Shown piece by piece: positions 58,445 to 64,000 of a DNA stretch of 64,000 nt. The stretch comes from Tubulanus polymorphus (taxonomy: Eukaryota; Animalia; Nemertea). Position 1 is the first letter of the stretch; each line of letters starts with the position of its first letter. Where the stretch lies: assembly GCF_964204645.1 (NCBI RefSeq), contig NC_134028.1:15011653-15075652 (forward strand). The letters are read 5' to 3'. A program made the position numbers and the translations under genes. The notes under the pieces are model-generated. The model searched no databases and was not told the DNA's origin. It worked only from the letters and a program-made list of their open reading frames with translations.

Positions 58445-58859
58445 TACGGAAGCGATAAAGGGGCTCGAGATGTCGCGTTCCAAATCGACAGGTCGTCATA
58501 TTTATGTCGACATACCGCGATATATCGCGTCAAGTCGACATGAATAGGTCGACATATCGTGACGTTTTGACGACATATTTCATTTTCACGACCATTTTAC
58601 CCGCGACAAGTCGACATATTCATGACGACTTGAAACTCAGTCGTCAAATCACTGGCGTCCTCATCTTACATTTAGACATGTCTTCAAATGACGGTCTGTC
58701 CCGTGGAAAATTGGCGAAAAAGCGAAATTTGTCGTGAAACGTCACGATATGTCGACATATTCGTGTCGACTTAACGCTATTTATCGCGATATGTCGACAT
58801 ATATATGGCGACTTGTCCAGTTTGAATGCGACAACTCGAGGCCCTTTATCGCTTCCGTA
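58445..58859. mobile_element. CpG-rich palindromic MITE, copy 1
   Basis: TACGGAAGCGATAAAGGG...CCCTTTATCGCTTCCGTA with long inverted arms rich in GTCGAC/TCGCGA. Confidence 0.85.
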
Positions 58860-58928
58860 TTTAACTCAGAAGATCTTCTACCTAATTCCTTTGTCCATTT
58901 AATTTGTTTTTCAGGTCTAGGCTTTTTC

Positions 58929-59137
58929 TACGGAAGCGATAAAGGGCCTCGAGATGTCGCGTTCCAACTCGACAAGTCGCCATATTTATGTCGATATATC
59001 GCGATATATCGCGTCAAGTCGACATGAATATGTCGACATATCGTGACGTTTTCACGACAAATTTCGCTTTTTCGCCCATTTTCCACGGGACAAGCCGTCA
59101 TTTGAAGACACGTCTAAATGGAAGATGAGGACACCAA
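58929..59137. mobile_element. Same MITE, copy 2 (one arm only)
   Basis: Same left TIR; truncated. Confidence 0.75.
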
Positions 59138-59203
59138 TATTTCTTAATATCTTTCTTAATATCATCACTCATTTATTAGGGTTTTCTGTTACATCACAGA
59201 AAA

Positions 59204-59512
59204 CTACGGGAGCGATAAGGGGCCTCGAGGTGTCGCGTTCCAACTCGACAAGTCGCCATATTTATGTCGATATATCGCGATATATCGCGTCAAGTCGACA
59301 TGAATGAAATGACGACTGAGTTTCAAGTCGTCGTGAATATGTCGACTTGTCGCGTGGAAAGTGGTCGAGAGAACGAAATATGTCGTCAAAACGTCACGAT
59401 ATATCGACATATTCATGTCGACTTGATGCGATATATCGCGGTATGTCGAGATAAATATGACGACTTGTCAAGTTTGAACGCGACATCTCGAGGCCCCTTA
59501 TCGCTTCCGTAG
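59204..59512. mobile_element. Same MITE, copy 3, inserted in the terminal hairpin of a Helitron-like element
   Basis: CTACGG...CCGTAG flanked by AAAA on both sides; removal restores TAGGGTTTTCTG...CAGAAAACCCTA. Confidence 0.85.
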
Positions 59513-62199
59513 AAAACCCTATTGAGATTCGCGTGTTTCTTATTATTATTAGGGTTTTCTGACTTTCGTCGAAAACCCTTTTGTAATTCTGTTGATTGTT
59601 ATTATTATTATTTACATATTTACCACTTTTTTTCGCACATAAAATTCATCTTCTATCAGATTCGACAACTAACTGCTTCTAATTGAAATGTAGAATTCTG
59701 ATAGTAATATAACACGCATTCACTCCGCGTAGATTAATGCACTCTCCGTCCTATTTTAAACTTAAAATTACTTACTGAAAGATAACACCGGATGATAGTA
59801 GCAATCGCGACTCGCCCTGTCCGGTACTCCCACTAATGATAAAAACAGCGTCCTGTCCTGTGGCATGGTGGATAAGGTGTTTGACTCCCAACTGAAACAG
59901 TGCCTAGTATCCTAGTATCTAGTGACTAGTATCCTAGTGAAACCATGCATTATCACAGTACAGCGCCGGCGCGCAACAATTGTTTTATTGATGAAACAAC
60001 ATGGTGGATGGTTGAAATTATTTTTGGCTTAAATTTATCGCGAGTTTTAGGACTTTAATGAATTTCACGAAACCATGATTTCTAAAATGAGTCAATTGAT
60101 TAATTCTATTCGTAAATCAATTTACGTTGGCTACATTTCCTGAAGATTTCGGGGTCAAATCAACGTGATATGGACAGATATTGTAGGAATTTTCACACGG
60201 AATTTTACTTCCGCGTTCAGTTGACGACTCGTATCGATGACAACGACAGCGGAGTTTATGTATCTATAACGGATATTCCGTTATAGTTCTATGATGTATT
60301 TTAAGGTGAGAAATGATGTATTAAATAATGTATTAAATGATTTCTTTAATAATATGAGTATGGTAGCAAATGAGTAGGCCTACTCGGTGAAGCAATGATC
60401 ATTGTTGGCTACTTACTTAATGCCTAGCTTTTTTGGGGGATGCGCCTAGAATAGATTTAGGCCCTAAATATAATGGGTAGAGCCAGTCAGTGGAATGCCT
60501 TAATAGCAGCTAGTTATGGCCTGGTTTACACTGAATGTGCATGACAATTTATTTTGATTACTTTCTTTCCAGCTATTTTATTCGTGGAATGAACTGGGCA
60601 CTACGGTCTTCAATTCCTTTGCGGATTCTTGCAGGAATATTAAACCACAGTGCGCAAATGTATGTTTCAAATTAGGCTTTTTCGACATTGACAGCCAAAG
60701 ACGTAACTTAACACGCTAACTTAAGCGCAACTGTCTCAGATGCTGTAAGTACTTAACGTTTTGCGTAATTTTTTTTGTAATTTTTTTTTGTGATTCATTG
60801 TAATTATGGGATGATAATTCATGGGCGTCACGAGTCCTGCGACATACCCTTGATATGAAGCTTTTTTAATGTTAATCATTGACTTGTTTTGGAGTAAACT
60901 GAATAGCCCTAAAAATACCAATGCCACGTGGCTTGGTGTCTATGCTCTACGAGACTGTAGTAATAGATTTTCACAACAAACTCATGATTTCAAATAGTCT
61001 CCTAAGATATCTATATATTATTTCGCTCCTTACCTAAGTAATTCTTACATTTGATTGCTTAATTACAGATGGAAAGAGGTCAGATGGCATGAAAATCGAC
61101 TGTGGCTGACTAATTGGCGCGAGTAACCAAAATGCTTCAATCATCAGGGGTAGACAAATTAGCCGAAGATGAATGAAAACTTCACCTTGATGATCATCAG
61201 TTGATTTTGCTATAATTATTTGCCTGGATATATCCTTCATTTCAAAATCTGTCTTGGGTAGAATTTCTTTCAATAAGATATTTTGAAGATTGAATTTGAA
61301 TTGATCTTAAAACCAGAGAAAGCATTCAGAAATTTAGAAAATCCTTGACTCATAATCAAATTCTGTGAAGTCAGTTAAGATCTTTTAGGTCGAATCAAGC
61401 CGAGGGCTCATGTGACTAAAACTCAATTCCCCACTGTCTTATAATGCCGAGTACAACGGAGTTTACACACTGAAACACGTTGGGCTGTGTAAGTGTTATT
61501 TGGATAAGTCCACAATATAATGACCGCCCTGCCCCGCTGCATCTGAGACGTCAACAAGTTAGACTGTATTGCTTCGATGACAAACTGACTCCTACGCAAG
61601 ATGACCATCCAATTCAAATGTAAATTAAGAAAGAAAACAACAAAACTAGTTGCGTTGATCAACAAAAATAAATCAATAGTTTATTACGATACTTCAATTT
61701 CAAAATAAGGATAGGAAAAAGTGAACAATAAGTGTGTTTGCCATGCGTCTTTAAATATTTCCCAAGAATATGTCTTTGTCTGGCCACCACCTACCTCGAC
61801 GTCAGACTTTTTCGAGATTTTCGCTAAAAATACGAAACAAGACAAAATTGATGGATGGGAATCATACATGCTACATTCAATTTTACTGCGAACATTGGAA
61901 TGAGCTAAAGCAATTTTCTAGGAGGAAAAATTGAGTCAAATGATGTTTCAAAATCTGGACGGGAAAAGTTTTACTGAATTGTATGGCTAATGGCAAATAC
62001 ATGTTTATATTGATAAGGTAAATATCTGTATAAAAGGTTGTATAGCAACTTGAATTGAAGGATTAATGCAATAGGTCTCTTATTCTAAAAGACGAGTGAG
62101 CCATACTTACTAGATTGGTCATGTGAATCAACATCAAATTTAGAACTATCATCCATTTTTAGTTTTCAATCAAAGACTAACCTATGAAATAAAGTACAT

Positions 62200-62760
62200 A
62201 TTTTTCTGATAACAACCTGGAATAAATTAAAATAAATCTGAGGAATTCACCAAATTTCTGTATCGAACCCCTAATAGGGCCTATATAACCTATAGATTGA
62301 TACTTACATACGACAAATTGACGAAGAAACTTCATTTGACAGTATACAAACTCGCGGACAAACTCCCAAAATGAATCATGTCCTATTCACCTACAATCAA
62401 ACAAAATACAACTAAAAAATTCACAATACAGATTTCGGTTTCGAATCCTTCAAATAGCTGTTTACTTACATGAAACGAATTATCAAACTACTTCTGCCGA
62501 CAGCATACCAACTCGCTGACAAACCCCCGAAATGAAACATGTCATGATAAACATCTGGAATTAAACGTAATAAAGCTACAAAATTTACAAAATGTCGGTT
62601 TCGAATCCCTCAAATAGCCTTACACTTACAAATAATGGATTATCAAACAACCATGAACTCCCACAACGCCACATGTCTTTGATAATCTACTGTGAAAACC
62701 TGGAATTAAATGAAATAAATCTTAAAATTCCGATTTGAACCCAACGTAGGCCCTCTCTCT
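62200..62760 (+). repeat. Degenerate ~150-170 bp tandem repeat, about 4 units
   Basis: Recurring CCTGGAAT(T)AAA...AATT(C/T)AC...GGTTTCGAATCC.TCAAATAGC. Confidence 0.6.
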
Positions 62761-64000
62761 ACTTGTAGGCCTAAGATCTTGAAATAGGATAAATAATGTT
62801 ATGATGAAAGAGGCATAATGGTTCGGAAAAAATTGAATTCAATATGGCTCTTGGCCCGGCAAAGTTTGCTTTTGAAATATCCTTTTGATTAGGCCTAGTT
62901 ACACATTTTAAAAGCAAATTTCATTTTGCATCAAACTAAAAGCGGCTTTGTTGAGGAAAAGATTCGTTTGAGTCGTAAAATTTATAGCCTAGAACCAATT
63001 TCTTGGTCAAAGCGTGATGCACAATTTTGACTGGGTCTTATTATTTCCACGTGGTAGTGGACAGAAAATTTGAATAGGCCTAAATAATAGAATAATCTTT
63101 CTTAGGTTTCATGATAAAGATGCAGCATTAACATAGATTAATGCTTATCTTTTACAATTAGGCTTATGTTTCAAAGGAAAACGCCCACAGTTGGTCGAAC
63201 AGGGGTTAGGCATTGATGGTAGAGGGTCTGTGTGTGTGCTGAAACAGAGATAAAAATGCACGGGAACGAGTTTGTCGAGTGGAGCTTATTATTCCATCAG
63301 GGATAGTGTACTATAGTCATGTTATATATCAAAATGTTCCTTATTAGTTCTGCTGCATCGCTAAAAACAAATTGAGATAGGTTTCCCTGCATTTTTTACA
63401 TATTACATCACTTACAACGATAAACGTCCGTCGCCGACTGAAAAATTCACAAAAACTTCCGCATTGAGAGCGCCACCGCACCAATTCTACATTTGTCCCG
63501 TGAGAGGACCCATGTCCCGTCACAGGCCCGGGTCCTCTCACGGGACGCTGCAGTTAAAATCATATGGAAAAATTCACAAAAACTTCCGTATTGAGAGCGC
63601 CACCGCACCAATTCAAATTGGATCGGAAACCCTCCAGCGATGCTCTCTATGATCTTTAGAACCTGTATTTGCTGACTGGGAATAAGATATTTCTCAGCGC
63701 GAAGGGTCGGGGCGCAGCGTCACCAGGTCCCGCTCCGCGAGGAAGCTAGATTTTCAAAGAAATGAGTGCACGCGACGGCCGTGACCACTTGTTAGTGACG
63801 TCATCAAGAATGATGGCTCCGAGGATCGCCACATCACAGGTTACTGTGAATAAATGGGATTCGACCATTCAAAAGTTCAAAATGTACTTTCTTGTTTTGT
63901 AAAACAAGTTTATTCATGTCGTTATATAAAGCATTTTGTTTGAAACATTCTTTAATAATGTTTGTTGAGTTTAAAGCCAATTGTCGTTGTGTTATTCCAT

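Larger units (their letters stand above)
23705..59172. mobile_element. Polinton copy B (5'-truncated, heavily decayed), split by nested insertions
   Basis: 23705-23849 plus 51323-58445 (and short pieces to ~59172) are collinear and homologous with ~5225-11740 of copy A. Confidence 0.88.
59173..64000 (+). mobile_element. Longer relative of the 53.4-54.7 kb Helitron-like element, running off the window
   Basis: Same type of terminal hairpin (present twice); 59520-59800 resembles the reverse complement of 54450-54700, and 63830-63990 that of 54190-54355. Confidence 0.6.

Noticed and set aside
58504-59512. Short ORFs with YRDISR-type repeats
   Set aside because: Translations of palindromic MITEs.
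62260-62745. GGTTTCGAATCC motifs as B-boxes or tRNA-derived SINEs
   Set aside because: An extra T breaks the consensus, and there is no A box or stem covariation; treated as a minisatellite.
1-64000. Prokaryotic or free giant-virus origin of the window
   Set aside because: BEL and Gypsy LTR elements, a LINE, MITEs and an animal-type tRNA-Phe PBS point to an animal chromosome.

Overview
This 64 kb window looks like animal genomic DNA (host not identifiable from sequence alone) made almost entirely of nested mobile elements; I see no host gene. (1) A decaying Polinton/Maverick (adintovirus-like) element at 1-~12.6 kb: pPolB, minor and major capsid proteins, several membrane proteins, zinc-finger protein, A32-type packaging ATPase and rve-chromo integrase. 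(2) A minus-strand ZnF-ZnF-HNH virus-like gene block split by a 6.6 kb long-TIR foldback element. (3) A LINE fragment. (4) A second, more decayed Polinton copy (~23.7-59.2 kb) interrupted by a BEL/Pao LTR element (23850-51322, TSD ATTCT). The BEL element is itself interrupted by a 14.9 kb Ty3/Gypsy element (26881-41821, TSD GTAT) and a 5.8 kb TA-duplicating non-autonomous transposon. (5) Helitron-like elements and MITEs. The most unusual object is the Gypsy element, which is organised like a complex retrovirus: tRNA-Phe PBS, three accessory ORFs upstream of gag, chromodomain integrase and an F-type env. Its leader holds an array of tRNA T-arm/B-box hairpins with covarying stems, one accessory ORF carries repeated PxDLS (CtBP-type) motifs, the env has a second membrane domain ending in PPxY and YPxL late-domain-like motifs, and splice acceptors precede most ORFs. 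Coordinates were read by eye; family assignments come from motifs, not database searches.
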